From positions 14,631,375 to 14,695,374 of the forward strand of contig OZ316897.1 of NCBI GenBank assembly GCA_973895155.1: a stretch of 64,000 bases of DNA, in the 5' to 3' direction. A program made the translations under genes and the position numbers. Shown in pieces: positions 23,001 through 36,511 of the stretch. The first letter of the stretch is position 1, and each line of letters opens with the position of its first letter. The notes beneath the pieces were generated by a model. The model made no database searches and was not told where the DNA came from. It saw only the letters and a program-made list of their open reading frames with translations. This DNA comes from Marsupella aquatica. Taxonomy: Eukaryota; Plantae; Marchantiophyta.

Positions 23001-23615
23001 GACCGGACTAGATCAAGAAAAGCTCTGACTTCTCTTCAATTCATTCCAACCTGATTCCTTCTACCTTAAAGAAAGGTTACAACGTGGATACACCTCTTCA
23101 TTAAGGAACTCTCAAAGTCAAATTGATTGGACCCAGAAAGGTCAATTTCCGTCTCCCCAACCTTCATGTCGTGACTGCCAACACGAGAGGATGAACAGAC
23201 TCTCAAACCCAAATTGATTGGACCCAGTAAGGTAAATTCTCGTCTCCCCATTCTTGATGACCTGATCTGACTTCTCCCACCTTCGGAAGACTGAAACTCG
23301 CCGCTACCAATACTCGAGGATAAACAGCTCACAGTGCACTCCAGAAAAGATGAAACTGGACGATGACACGAGCGATAGGCGGCGCCCGGCCATCCACCTA
23401 CGTACCTTTCCATTGAGCCACAATCGGTCCGCCGTGAATGATGGGCTAGCGGCCACCGTGGTGGTCGCGAAGAGGTAATCTAAGGTGACGCTGATGCTGG
23501 AATTGATGGGGAGAATCAGCTTCTCGTCCCGCTTGCCCCAATACTTGATCACCGCAATGTTGCTGGGCGCCCTCGCCGTCTTCATGAGCACCCAAGCCGA
23601 CCCTTCGCTCCCCAT
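20063..23615 (-). CDS. MVD: Diphosphomevalonate decarboxylase; exons 23406-23615, 22533-22731, 22142-22208, 21792-21855, 21575-21655, 21365-21451, 20923-21080, 20756-20804, 20432-20556, 20063-20285
   Basis: Signature motifs [63 protein letters not shown]. All introns are GT-AG and frame-consistent. Confidence 0.96.
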
Positions 23616-26485
23616 CTCGGTTCCAAAAGACCGTCCCTGCCAAGCAGATCGGTCGGAAGAACCTGTCTGATCACTTTCGCTCCTCCCTCCCTCCCTCTGC
23701 AACACTGGTCTGCTGAATGGAGCCCAATTCCTTCTGAATTCCCAAAACGGCGACAAAACCAACACACCACAATGTACGCCTTGTCAGCTAACTGATTTAA
23801 CTCAGCACAAGTTCTTTGTCGGTGATTTTTATGCGATATTATTGTGTTCCACCAGTGTGTAAACTGAGCAGACTGGATCAGTGAGTTCTCCGTTTCAGAT
23901 TCTCAAACCAGACGAACACACATTCAGGTTGAGCCACTCACTCTGAAGAAAGAGTTCGCTCACATGCATTACTTTGCTGGGCCTTCAAAGCAAAAACAGA
24001 AACAGCATTCCAAGATCAGAGAGGAGAAGGGACAACTTACTGCAGGCCTCAGCAACCTCGACACTTTGTGCAATGGTTGTGAGAGCTCCAAATCCTTGCT
24101 CCAAATCTTGGAAGCGAGAGGAATTGTTCACCTCCAAATCTTGGAGGCGAGAGGAATTGTTCTGGTGAAGATACAACAAAAAACATATGTATACGTAGAA
24201 GACGAGAATATGCTTCTCAATTGTCGCCTCTCGCCTGCTCTTGTCTGCTCTGCTCGTCTCCTCTTCTCTGTATATTGTTGCTCAAGCTCTGTCTCCAGCT
24301 CTACTGTAGCTCTAGCTCTAGCTCACTCATTCACTCACTCACTCACTCACCACTCCTGAGGTCAAGAGCGAAGACTGCTCTGCACACTCTGTAAGGAGTA
24401 AAGGTACCTACCAAAGACCCCAGAACTCCACCTTACAGTACAGTATACCTTCTTCCCAATTTGTCAAACTGGGTCTGGGGAGATTCAATCTGAAAGGCCA
24501 GGAAACCGAATTATGAGGTGGAAAGCAGAGAGGTGTTGTGATTGTTGGTGGCACCAACTGAGATTTGGATGAAACTGGTCGAAATTGCTCTACCAGGATT
24601 TTCGGTTTGGTGCTTGGGTTGTGGGTTAGTTATTGCGCCCTTGGTGGGTTTTCTGGCTCGTGGTTTCTTTTTGTCTCGTTGGTCATCCTGGTTCTCCTTT
24701 GTTTTCTCCCCCTTATTAGGCTTTCTGCCTTTGGGATCCTTGTTTGACTGTCTTTTTTGTTCTTTGACAGTCTGATATATAATTGGTGGTGTGTTTTCTC
24801 CCCTTTACTAGGCTTCCTGGCTTTGGGATTATTGTTTGACTATTTTTTTTGTTCTTTGACAGTCTGATATATATAATTGGTGGTGTGGTTGTTGGGGAAG
24901 GTGAAGCAAGGACTCTTTTCTGTAGGAGAGGGCTCCCTCCTGATAGCTAGACAAATTGGATGATTTGAATAAATAAGGAGTGTATGCTAGCTGGAAATTG
25001 AAGCCTGGATGGACCCCGATGTTTGCCAAAATGTTTCGATGGACTTTTGCAACCCCAATGGACTGCAGCAAAACCCTGTTTTCTGCATGATAAGTTGATA
25101 AATGAAATGTGACAAGAAAATGAGACAATCATCTTTGTAATTTCCCCAGTTGGATTCAGACTCATGCGTCAACTCAACAAAAAGAAGGGGAGTTGAGGCA
25201 TAAGTTTAACAAGTTGTGTTTGCAATTGCTGACAACCTTATTCTGTCGCTGCTTACTCTCTTCTTGGACCAGTAAACCTGAGCCTAGATTCACCTTAATT
25301 TAAGAGATTTTGGGAGACACTTTGATATTTTGGAGTTATTGTTTCATTTCTCTTCATTGACAACCTTTGATATTACATTGTATATAAACCCTTTGCACAT
25401 CCTATTTCTAATTTTTTGAGTTTGATTTTTTATTGAACTCAAAAGCCCTCTTTTTATTAGAGCCAATCCAATGCAACAATTTGGGTATCTCTGTACTACT
25501 AAATTATAAGTCCAGTATCATAATTAATTAGCTAGTTTGCCTTGATTAAAGGTATTTTCATTTTATTATGGTTTAATCAAATTTTTGATACACATAATCA
25601 CCTAGATATGAGTTAGAATTTGTCACATAAGTCCAATATGCTGAAGGGCAACCAATTGAAGCAAAAATGTGGAGTTGCTTTAAGAAGCATGCCAGGATTT
25701 TATCAATCATCAGTGCATCAATTGAGCAATATATGCACCATACATTGCCTTTTACCTTTGATGTACGGATTTGGCCAGAGTTTGGCTTAGTTTAGTGATG
25801 CCATGGGATTACAATGAATATTTTGTTTGACTTGATCCTTGAACTTCTTGCGAGAAAGGAGAGTGCATGGTTCATTAGAGAACCATAGAAATTGAGTTTC
25901 AAATTTTGACTAAAAGACGGCCTTTGGAAAATGTCAGACCACCATCTTGAATGTGTTCAATTTTGGACAAGTGAATATGGCAGAAGGAAAACCAGCAAAA
26001 AATGTCAATTAATGAGAGGAACAATTTCAAAAGCGATTGTAGGGACAACACTAGTGAAACACAGAAGAAAATAGTAACTAGAACACATCTCACTGTAGCA
26101 TTTGGGGAGAGTCAGCACAATCAAAGAATTAAGCAAACAGAAGCCATTCACTTAGTCATGAAGAGCATGACCTAAGTAGATTACACAACATATAAATGAG
26201 GAAAAATTCAAGTCAAACGCCAAAAACAATGAAGAAGAAGTTCAACAATTCACGATCATAAAAGTGATTTCCCTGTGATCCAACTAGGAGCAATCTGACT
26301 CTCTATCCATAGAGTAATGCCTAGATGAAAACCTCATATTTGCAAGGAAGAATTGTGGTCAGATGCCAAAGCTATTAACAAGAAGTTCAACAAAACGAGT
26401 CACTAAAGCTAAATTTGATGTGATTCATTTATCTGAGAATGACCTAGACGAGAACATTGTATCAACAAGGAAGGATTGAGGTAAA

Positions 26486-28715
26486 ATGCCAAAACCATTG
26501 AGAAGCAAACGGGACTCTAAACCTAATGTCCAAGCAATCCCTGAATCTCCTGGGGAAGATGAAGCTAGGATGGACCCAAAAGGAAATGAATATAATAATT
26601 ATATGGATCCCTCTTCATCTGCTTATAATGCGGGTGTAAGTTCACCTCTCAATCCCACTACTGAAATAGTTGATACACACAAGAAGGACATTCCATTTGA
26701 AATGTCATAAAGTCTCCAGGTTTCTTTCACAATGATGAAATGAGTCTACAAGTTCATTGTTTTCTAGCAGTGGATCACCTTATTTGTTTATAGAAATTAG
26801 TGTAGAGACAACGACAAGAAGTACGAAGGGATTAATAGAGTCAAAGATGGGTTTTTCACACTGATGTGTTCTTAGATTGTTGTCACAGTTCCCAAGAATA
26901 ATTGTCAAATTTTGCCAAATGCAAAGCCTCCTAGAATGAATCTAAGCTTCAAGTTGGTATCAATTCCGGTATCAAGTTCACTACAGTTGGCAGGAAATAT
27001 GAATACCTCGTAGTCCATTAGGTCTGAATACATTCCGACGTCTAAAAGCATAAAAAGTGAAAAGTCTTATAGCCTGCTTGCTGAGAGCAAAATGAAGAAC
27101 TACTCAAAATGAATTCTGACTAGAACTTAGGTGAGGAATATTCCTTCGTCAGTCAAACACGGGCATGCATTTTTAACTTACTAGCCCCCCTGACTAGCCC
27201 CAACACGCATGTGTATGGACAAGAAGCGCTCTGTGTACCCAGACTCCCCATGCCCATCATTGCTCACAAGCATAATCTAATTATCTGCCCATCATTGCTC
27301 ACAAGCTTAATTTAATTATCTGTTACTGGAGAAGTTTATGGCCCATGGCTTCACGCTAAGGAGTAGGTCATGAAAGGTGGACTTCAGTCACAAATTACTC
27401 TATACTCTATATTATTTCCCTGTGAGTAGTCAATCTGGTCTATCCTTATTATTACCATGACAACTGTATGCTTATTAGTTTCTTTTTAAATGCATATCGT
27501 AATATTCATTACAGAGGCCCCAACCACGAAAGAATTAGAGATGATTTTACTCTTTTTGCAGGATGTGGTACAAAGTGAGGTACCTAACGGACCAAACAAC
27601 CAATTTGTTCCTGAGAGAGCAAAGGAAATAATTGGTGCTATTCTTAATGAAAAATTGACAGGGGTCAAGTATAATCCTGAAAGTGCACCACTTTATGTGA
27701 GGGAGATCACTGAGGCCATAAAAACACAATTGAAAGGTAAAAATAAACAAAAACATGATCTTGTTTGATAATAATCTTGACCTCTTAGTACATTTGTTTG
27801 TGGGATTGTCTGATGTATCTCTTTGAGGATACCCTCTTGCTGATAAATCCTTAACAGGCCCTGCAGTGAGGGATACGGTTATGAGTAGTGTAAATGGTTA
27901 TATTAATATTTCAAGACAGTGTTATGGGTTTTAATAGAGATGATAGATGTAATTATGGCATAGGTTTATTCAAATGAATTACAAAATGAAGATTTCAAAG
28001 TGTAAACTACTTTTCCAGAAGCTGAAGCTCTCATAGATTGTAACATTTGAAAATATACTTTGATAGACTGCCAAAACCCAAATGGACCATTTTGAGATTT
28101 TTCTAAAATGCAAATAGCACCTTTGCTTTGTATAGATGCTCACCTTTTCCACTGTCAAAAACTGTTTGGCCCATCTGAGCATTTTCTTTGTTTTTCCAAG
28201 TTCAGAAGACGTGTACATATTATAGAAACCAAGTCCTTTCTCTTCTGATAAGTAACAAATCAAGCCACAACTTCAACAAAATCTGAACTTGAATGTTACT
28301 TTTTGTGCCAATTTAGTACTTCATTTATAAACCACAGTCATTATGCAGACAGCCTCTTCTAGTCGGTGCTCTACAAGAAATCCTGATGGTGAGGTCATGA
28401 AAAATAAGCTAAATACAAACCAAATGCACTCTTTTTTCTCTGAAAATTGTGCATAATTTCATTCATCAGTACCAATTCAAATTGTTTGGAGAGTCACTAA
28501 TCACTTTGTGGTGAGACTCAATATATTGGGCAGATATGGGCCTGGACAAATACAAGATAGTGGTGCAAGCTATGCTTGGAGAGCAAAGAGGACAAGGATT
28601 TCAGATGTCTTGCAGATGCTTTTGGGATCCCAACACGGACAACTATGCTCACAATTCATTTTCCAATGAATCCATTTTTTGTGTAGCTGGTGCCTTTGCA
28701 TTGTACATGTCCTGA
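26486..28715 (+). CDS. TCTEX1D2: Tctex1-domain dynein light chain (TCTEX1D2/DYNLT2B, Tctex2b-type); exons 27562-27736 and 28534-28715 firm, first exon (26486 or a later ATG to 26635) tentative
   Basis: …FVPERAKEIIGAILNEKL…YNPE…IKTQLK|DMGLDKYKIVVQAMLGEQRGQGFQMSCRCFWDPNTDNYA…NESIFCVAGAFALY matches the Tctex2 pattern. Phase-0 donor GGT|GTAAGT at 26635. Confidence 0.85.
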
Positions 28716-29390
28716 ATTGATTCTGCTTGCCATCTTCCACACATTCAAGCTCTTTGTGGTTCTCAAGCCCTCTAGTCAGAGCTATCAATCGAGCTACCCT
28801 AAAAATCTCAATTGATCACTCATCAATGTGTTGCATGCTCTGAAGCATGAGCAATGCAATTAGTGATCTCGTAAGTACTCTCTGTGGATTTTGAGGCAAA
28901 ATGTGCACTCATTTTACCATGCATGTTTTGCTTTCTTAAATTTAGATGTACTTTTATAATTTTATGTGTGATTCCCATAGTCACACATAGTTTACATATG
29001 TTGTCATGAGCATTCTCTAAGTCTGCTCTGAGTTTGAGGTGTGTATTGCGCGTGTTCAACTGATCAGGAGAACTACATAGTTACTGATTTTGTGTAGTTT
29101 GGTACATAAATGGTGGCCAAATGATTCCGATTTAACCAAACTTCTAAACACTAATCAAACCTTTGAGGGTGTCAAGTTTGAAAGTACAGCAGTTCTCGGT
29201 GTTAGAAAGGAGTTTATATATTCACTCAAGGAAGATAATTATTGTCGGAAATATATCAGGGATTTATGGGCACGATGCACCTAATTGTTTGACAATAAAT
29301 ACATAACCAGCTTCTTGTATGATTAAAATTTTGTGGCAGGGTCAAATAGAATGAAATCTTATTAAGACAAAGGTGAACACCCAGCCCCAA

Positions 29391-29962
29391 ACTTGGGTCT
29401 ACTACAAAAAAAAAGCCATAGGCATTGTGTGTGATCCAAAATGTGTATTTTAATATTGTTCTTACCACAGTTTTATAAGTGTACAGGAAGTAAACTAACA
29501 AATTGTTGGTTCAAACTAGACAACAAATGCAGACATAAAAGTACACTCGATCACATGCATGCTACACCAACAAGACACCACGGATGGAGAAACTCCTAAA
29601 TGGTCCATAGTATAATTATGAGAGTGCATGTGAAGACAAGTGAGAGAATGCTCTCCCTCCAACCTATACCCCCACATGTACCTTCCAAAGGGGACTAAGA
29701 TGTGTGGCCTAAGTGAAGTGGATCTTATCCTCCCCTGATCAAGGCTTAAGTAACCATAGTCGGGAACTTGAGTCAATTCAAAATAGTAAACACAAAAATA
29801 GATAACACTCCTTACTATATATATAAATATTTTATACAGTAAATTAGGTCAGCTCAAATTAAACACATATTGATTTATAGAATATCCACTTGAAAAAGGG
29901 TATTTTAATTAGGCCAAGGTCCCATGTGGTATCATAAAAAATATACTAAGTTAACCCCCCAG
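29391..29962. mobile_element. Degenerate MITE of the 36224-36511 family, interrupted by a solo LTR
   Basis: Right end CATGTGGTATCATAAAAAATATACTAAGTTAACCCCCCAG resembles CACGTGGTATCCCAAAATATACACTTAGTTAACTCCCCCGAG. Left end GATCCAAAATGTGTATTTT resembles TATCCAAAATAGGTATTTT. Confidence 0.55.
29500..29782 (-). mobile_element. Diverged solo LTR related to the 11980-17812 copia family
   Basis: Shared blocks GCTACACCAAC, GGAGAAACTCCT, GCTCTCCCTCCA.CCTATACCCC, GGATCTTATCCT, GTCGGGAACT.GAGTCAATTC. Ends are eroded. Confidence 0.8.
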
Positions 29963-30249
29963 TAGCCCAAAGTACCAAGTAATCTTAAGCTGTGCACACA
30001 CCAAGCCACCAGGTATCACTTAGTTACCCTCTAAAAAGGTGCCATGTATGTACAAGGCCCTGTTAGGTAACCCCTAACAATATTTTTGGATCATAGAAGA
30101 AGCTCCATCTCCAGATTATCAGTGAGACTCACATAGGTACCACTTCTAGCCCTGTACTCAGTTAATAGGCCTGGCGTTCACTTCATGTCTTGCTCCTCTT
30201 CATTCGTAATTAGTTTCTCATGTGGTCAATTTGTTAGATTTTAGGGCTG

Positions 30250-31582
30250 AGGAAGGTAGTCCAATGGAGAGACTCTTCTCATGCTAGAAAATTCTTTCCA
30301 TTATCTGTCTATTAGGAGTACAACTCTCTCTAAAGGTACACTCTCAGGAAGACGGATCAGTTTTGCGCTAAACCAAGCCTTGCAGTAGTTGATAAATGCA
30401 AACCCCCTACAATTTGCTCTTATCAATAAGTGTGCATGGTTTACATCCTTTGTGAAATGTGTGGTTTGTTAAGTCAGTGAGCAATCTAGTGACTCTTAAC
30501 ACAAACTGCCTGTCCTTGCCCTAAACTTGGTGTCCTACTCCATAAATGCATTTTACACTACTAAAAAATGTCACGCACTGCCCAGAGAGACATGGCTGTG
30601 TGGTAGCTCACTTTAGTTGAGACTCATAGGTCTAGAGTTGAGTTCAAATGATGTGATGGACTTCTCCCTTTCTGTGGGGTTTCACAGATTTCTCCTTAAA
30701 AAAAAGGTTTAAAGAATAATTTTCCATGCACTTCTAATCACCTGCAATTTGATGGGATTGTGCACTTGCCAATCAGGACAAAAGTACAATTATCAATGGT
30801 TTTGCACTTATACAGTCTTTTTGACAAAATGAATCCAGGCCTGTTTGCACATGGAAAAGGTACAAAAGAAGTGCAACTTTGTTAAAGTAAGAGGGGACAA
30901 ACAGGGTAAATTGCAATTTCCATATTTGCACTTATGGAACTTGCACTTACAGAGAGTCCACTGTACTCCAATAGTAGTTTTCATGGATTCAACTCCTCAA
31001 AGGCAATGAACTACGTCAAAGGAATATATCTTGTGCTACTCTCCATTGATCATTGAATTTTTGTATGGATATTTTGTTAAATGATTGGGCAAGGAAAAAG
31101 CTGTCCATTGGAGAGCTTCTTATGTCATAAAATTCTGCCCTCTGGACTTTTATCTTAAACCACAATTGCACCTATAAAGGTTTAAAGGTTACCCATAACA
31201 AATTCAGTTTTAGTAGGAATGAGCTGGAGTCACACAAAAGGTGCTGAGTGCTCCACCTTTTATGGTGAGTAGTGAGGCATGGTATGGGGCTTTTATAGGG
31301 GCAGGTGTGGTTTAAGAGGACTCCACTAGGTGTTTACTTGGATTCAAGTACTCAACAGCAATGCCTAAGAGACTCTAGGCACTGCCTGTGCAGTAGCTCA
31401 CTTGAGTTAATATTCATAGGTCAAGAGATCACATCAAATGTTCGGGTGATAAAATGTTGCCACTAACTGTCCCTTTCTGTGGAGTTTGACAGAGTCTCTT
31501 ATATATCTTTATATAAAAATCTCTTATATATCTTTATATAAAAATATTCCTCCCTGTGGGTTTCACAGATTTTCCCTTAAAT
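30250..31582. repeat. Diverged direct duplication (~30250-30705 vs ~31090-31582) separated by a CAGT-TIR element end at ~30925-30966
   Basis: Shared CCA(A/T)TGGAGAG, GTAGCTCACTT…TCATAGGTC, CCCTTTCTGTGG and GGTTTCACAGATTT blocks. Confidence 0.5.
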
Positions 31583-32375
31583 TTCTTAATATAAATAAAA
31601 CGTCCTCAATGGCAACGAAATGCATCTGGCAAACAAATACCCAGCCATGTGGGCAAGCCATACCAGCAATGCATGTTTCAAGGATACATTTCGCCTCTTC
31701 CAACGTTTCAATTGACTCCTCTTTTCAAAGCCCTTTACTTTTCGAGATTTCAGTGTTCTGATGTTGTTGAGAAGACAGCTACATAACCAGAGACAAGAAC
31801 CAGGACACAAGTGAGGTTGATAATTTCTCTGATTCAGAGTGAGGCAACCAGTTTCTTCAAGTGACAGGATTCGGAGTTGTTGAGATTCTGCGATTTAGTG
31901 AAGATTTGCAGAGTACCGTATAGCAGTTGTAAGTCTGGAGGTCTGTAGCCCTGCTCTTGATTAAAATTGGATTGTGTCTTCAAATGACAATTGGAGGACC
32001 GTAAGACAGATAGGAGATTTTCCAGACAAGGCGTCGTAGAGGGAGGAACAAGGCTAATTGCATAAATATGGCTACATCAATTCCAGGAGCATTAAAGTAG
32101 TCCAATGCCATCGATTTGATGCAAACCAACTTTTTGATGACCCTCACACAAACTGGAACGACGGTAACCCCGGATAAATTGGATTGTATTTGATTGATTA
32201 GGTGACACAAATGCACTTCAAAAAATGAGTCAAAATTGTCCAAAGGCAGGAAACTGCCAAAGATTGATCTACTGACCAGGTGCTTTATGGACAGCATGAT
32301 ATCATCGGTGAGTCATTTGACTCGCATGAGTGAATCATAAATGAAGGATCTTCTGGAGTTGTCCAACATGAACAT

Positions 32376-34991
32376 CTATTGAGGAGAACTCAAGCTAATT
32401 TGGAACCCTCGTTTTGCCCGGTCTTGTGCTTGTTGTTTCAACACATAGCAATAGTTCACCTGTAAGCATAAAATGGTCAGTACAATCCGGCTTCTCTTGG
32501 CAAAGTTTTCCTTCATCCATACAACAGGGCATAGCAAAATGCTGGAAGTCTTACCTGCAATATTATCTCTGAGTCCCTCAAGCAATTCCTTTGTCTGGCA
32601 AAATACAAGGGTAAGAGTGTTCAGACACTCACCTCAAGACGGAAAAGCTTTGTCGGGAAGACTAAACCGACACCACAAGAGGAACGGAAGGTGTCCAAAA
32701 AAGTATTTACAGAGAAGCTTGGGTTATCTCCTGTTAATGAGACTAGATTGCCAGCACAAATGAATGTGTGTGCATGAATCCCCCAGCCCCTCCATGCCCT
32801 GACTGGTAGGTCAAATGACAAATCGGCAAACCCAGACACAGCAAGATCTCCTCCGAGTGTGTCCCTCATTTGTCTCTCTTCAGATGCAGCCTGTGGCTCA
32901 GAACTCGTTTGAGCATTATGGGCGGGTTGCCTAGGCTCACTGGGACCAACCCCTCTCGTCCTGAAACCTAATAGAGCAGATGGTCCCTTCATATTTCCAA
33001 GCAAAGATGCGTGACCTCCCATGAAGAAGCGATCACTGATTGGTGTGGCCTTGGTCTGGAAGTTTGGTCCCCACGGTACTAAAACACCTCCAGCAGCTCC
33101 AACATTTAAGGCTGCATTGAGGAAGCCTAATGGTATAGCATAACGCAATTCCAACTCCTGCATCAAGAGGCCATGGAGGTTCAGAAATTCTGGACGAATT
33201 AGAATGAACACACCCCAAGGGACAAAGATTAAAGAGTATATGTGACAGCAACTTAATTGTTTGTCATGTTGAACGTAGGTTGTACCTGTCGTGCGAATCT
33301 CAAGAGCTTGTCATCAGGCCCAAGTCCTGCAAGCTGGGAAGAAGATATAAAAGAGTATCCTTGAGTCGGTCGGATAGCGGAATCTCGTTCGTCAATTTTA
33401 TACTGATACTTCAACGATGAGACTAGATGGTGACCCAACTGCCTTCGAACGGAATGAGATGCTTGACGGCTTGGATCCTCCAATTCTCGCCAGGTGAAGT
33501 TATAGCTGAGATCGTGGCTATCTTCTTTGATCAATCCCACAGTGAAACCCTTCAACCTCTCACGATAAGACGAATACTTCTGCCAGTCTTGCGTCAGAAT
33601 GGTAGCTCGGGATACAAGAGAACTATGCAGCCCTTTGAATCGGGGATAGTTGACTCCTGCACTCAACTCTGAGGTAGTGTCCCACCCGTAGCAGCCAGTC
33701 GCATCAATTGTCTCACCGTGTCCTAAAAGATTCCTCCATTTCACCGTCCCTTCCAGACTCCAAGTCTTCGTCTGAAAACAGCCACCATAGCACACAAACT
33801 TCAAAATAGGTGAAAGAGAAATTTCAAGATAAGATAAGAGATGACTTTTGGGAAAGAATGGCATTGCGCCACACAAACTGCAGAATCGGTCATTAGGATA
33901 ATTTCGGGATATGAGATGCATTTTGGGCAAGAATGCATACTATCACACAAACTTCAGTATAGGTCCGAAGGCAAACTTTCACGAAGAAGAGTTTTGAGCA
34001 AGAATTGGGTGTTGCCACACGAACTTCAAAATAGGTCAAGATAAAAAATTTAGGGAAAGATATTTATTCTGTGCAAAACTTGAATGTTGCTACAGGAACT
34101 TCAAAATAGGTCAAAATCTAGATAAGGAGATAGATTCTGCGCAGAATTTGCATGCTGCCATACGAACTTCAGGATAGGTCAAAGGATTCGGGTGTAGGAG
34201 ATTAATTTTGCGCTAACTGCACTCTGCCTCAAGAAGTAGAAGCTTTTTTCTCAGTGTAGAGCAGGTATCGGCAGAGCACCCATCCACAAACTAAAAGAAT
34301 ACGACAGACAAATTCTCTTCGTTCCCAAGCTCGAACGCTATCCAAACCACCAATTGCGAAGACCTCAAGGAGACCAAAACGCAAGGCAAAGAGCAGATTG
34401 GCCCCTGGAGGAGATGTCACCGAGCAAAAGGCTCACCTCCGGCTTGGAGAATATACCCATATCACCAGAGAATGGGCGCTTTGTCTCCTCCACATCGACA
34501 ATGACGTTGGCTGTCCCAGGAAGCTCGTCAGGTCCAGCATCCACGGTGATGGTACACTTTTCGAAAATACCCATGGCTCGTAGACGGGCATTGGCCTTCA
34601 CGGATTCTTGCAGCAGATCTTGCATTGTCTGAACTCTCCGAACTTCGTCCAACTGAGCTTCTATTACACTGTCCTTGGTCTTCACGTTGCCCTTGATCTG
34701 GACATCATGCACCCGAACGTGGATCGGCTCGGTGGTCAGCTTCTCTGATAGCTTTCTGGCAAGTCTTGCAGCGTCATAAATAGCCTCCTCTTCGCTCTCT
34801 TCTTCTTCATCTTCTTCTTCGAGAAAATCCTCCTCTCCTGCGCCTTCACCATCTCTTTTCCCTCCTTCAGAGGGAATTCCATCAGAGATCACTTTCTCCT
34901 CCGGCTCCTCCTCCTCTGCTTTTTTCCTGTCTCCATTTTCCACCACATCAGTCACATGTCCTTCATCGCCATCCTTTGGCTCGGTTCCCAT
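32376..34991 (-). CDS. SAM50: Mitochondrial outer-membrane beta-barrel assembly factor SAM50/TOB55 (Omp85 family); exons 34437-34991, 33286-33771, 32633-33157, 32376-32459
   Basis: POTRA start VRVHDVQIKGNVKTKDSVIE, RNLLGHGE, DRFFMGG, GFRTRGVGP, and C-terminal RLEVNYC…GFQIS. GT-AG introns. Confidence 0.94.
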
Positions 34992-36223
34992 TGCACCTCC
35001 TGCTTGGAAGGAGGCAGAGGGCACACAATGGCAGAGGGGAGTGCGGACAATGAGCCTTTCCTACATCGATCGGCAGACTTCCACACAGGCGCAGAATTCA
35101 GGATCGAGCTGCCGCTGCTCGTTAGGGATTGTTTGATCCTTCGGGGCAAAAGCCCAAAGACCCAAACGTTGAGGTGAAGCTGTGCCCAATCCTAGCTTTG
35201 ATTGTGCAGCGAGAGAGATCCAGCAGCTAAGGATGAACTTCAGGCTACAACTGGGACCGATGGAAAGGTGGGCTGGTACCAGAGAATCCTGCCCACAGTG
35301 TTCTCCCAATTTCAAATGACGGTTTGGGGCAAGCTATGGGAGAATCGAACTGGATTTTCATCGGGAACCATTCTGTTCTCGGAGCAGGAGGAGAAGGAGA
35401 AGGAGGAGGACCCTAATGTACACTTGGCAAGGTTCATGTGAGATCATATGACTGACAGTGGGTCTCGTTGTGAAGACTATGACTCGAGCTTTGCTCGAGG
35501 AATTGCTGCCTGCGCACCTCCAGATGCAGAGGGGTTTTCCTCGGGCATGAGAGGGAACCTAGCACTCAATTTAACTCGGGCATTTGAGGGAATTATAACA
35601 GTGCAAAAGAGACATAAACGGAGACAGGGTCCGAAAGGCAGAACAACCCAATAAAGCGAAAAAGCCCACAAAATTGGGTTTTACTAGATTGCCATTGGTT
35701 TTTGTCAAAAACTATAGCATGACAGGCTATTTTTTTGGGTTAACTACAGTAGCACTGATGCTCTAGCTATGCCCATAAACAGATGGTGAGTTCCTGTATT
35801 TCCATTTCTTATTGCACAGGATGGTGAGTTCATTTATGCCCATTTCCATTTCCATTTCCACTCGCACTAGCCATGCCTGGAGAGTCAGTCATGCCTGGAG
35901 AGTCAGGGTCAAGAGGTTTCACATCCTGCCCATTTCCAGTTCCACCCGCACATGAGTCATGCCCGGAGAGTCACTGTCTAGAGGCTTCACTCTAGATCGT
36001 AGGCCTTTATCCTAGCTTTTGATTGTGCTTGATTAGATAGATTATTGCCCTATCACTTTTTTTGGTCACAGGTTAAGTGACTTAACTTTGCTTAGCTGCA
36101 GAAGATCCTACAGCCCTCAGAAAGCCACATTGGAGAATCTGACATTTCACATCACCCTCAGAGCATAGTGCACTAAGGCCGATGAGGCCGTATGAGAGCA
36201 CCTAGGAAATAGGGAGGTGAGGG

Positions 36224-36511
36224 CTCGGGGGGTTGACTATCAAAAATCTTAGGAACCACGTGCTATCCAAAATAGGTATTTTTTGGAGATTTTAACTAAA
36301 GTTTTTAAAAGCATAGGAGGCAAAAGAAGGTATTATAAACTCATGTTTATAGAATATTCTTTAATATATATCCTTTATAAAGTAAAATAGGTTATTAATA
36401 TTTAAAATAAAGAATATTCTTGGAATATTTTCTTTATAAAATAGGTCTATTTATATTAGGCTAGGATCGCACGTGGTATCCCAAAATATACACTTAGTTA
36501 ACTCCCCCGAG
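36224..36511. mobile_element. 288-bp MITE with 8-bp TSD (hAT-type by TSD length)
   Basis: TIRs CTCGGGGGGTTGACTA / TAGTTAACTCCCCCGAG, subterminal IR GGAACCACGTGCTATCC / GGATCGCACGTGGTATCC, perfect TSD GGTGAGGG (36216-36223, 36512-36519). Confidence 0.88.

Noticed and set aside
23964-24359. 131-aa ORF diverging from MVD, and most other short ORFs in the track
   Set aside because: Low-complexity or repeat-derived, antisense shadows, or intron read-through, with no recognisable domain.
30591-30705. tRNA-derived SINE (A/B-box-like motifs, A tail)
   Set aside because: Boxes are weak, no TSD was found, and the similarity to 31380-31580 is part of a larger duplication.
34750-34991. Acidic N-terminal extension of SAM50
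   Set aside because: Glu/Asp-rich N-termini are usual in plant SAM50 proteins.
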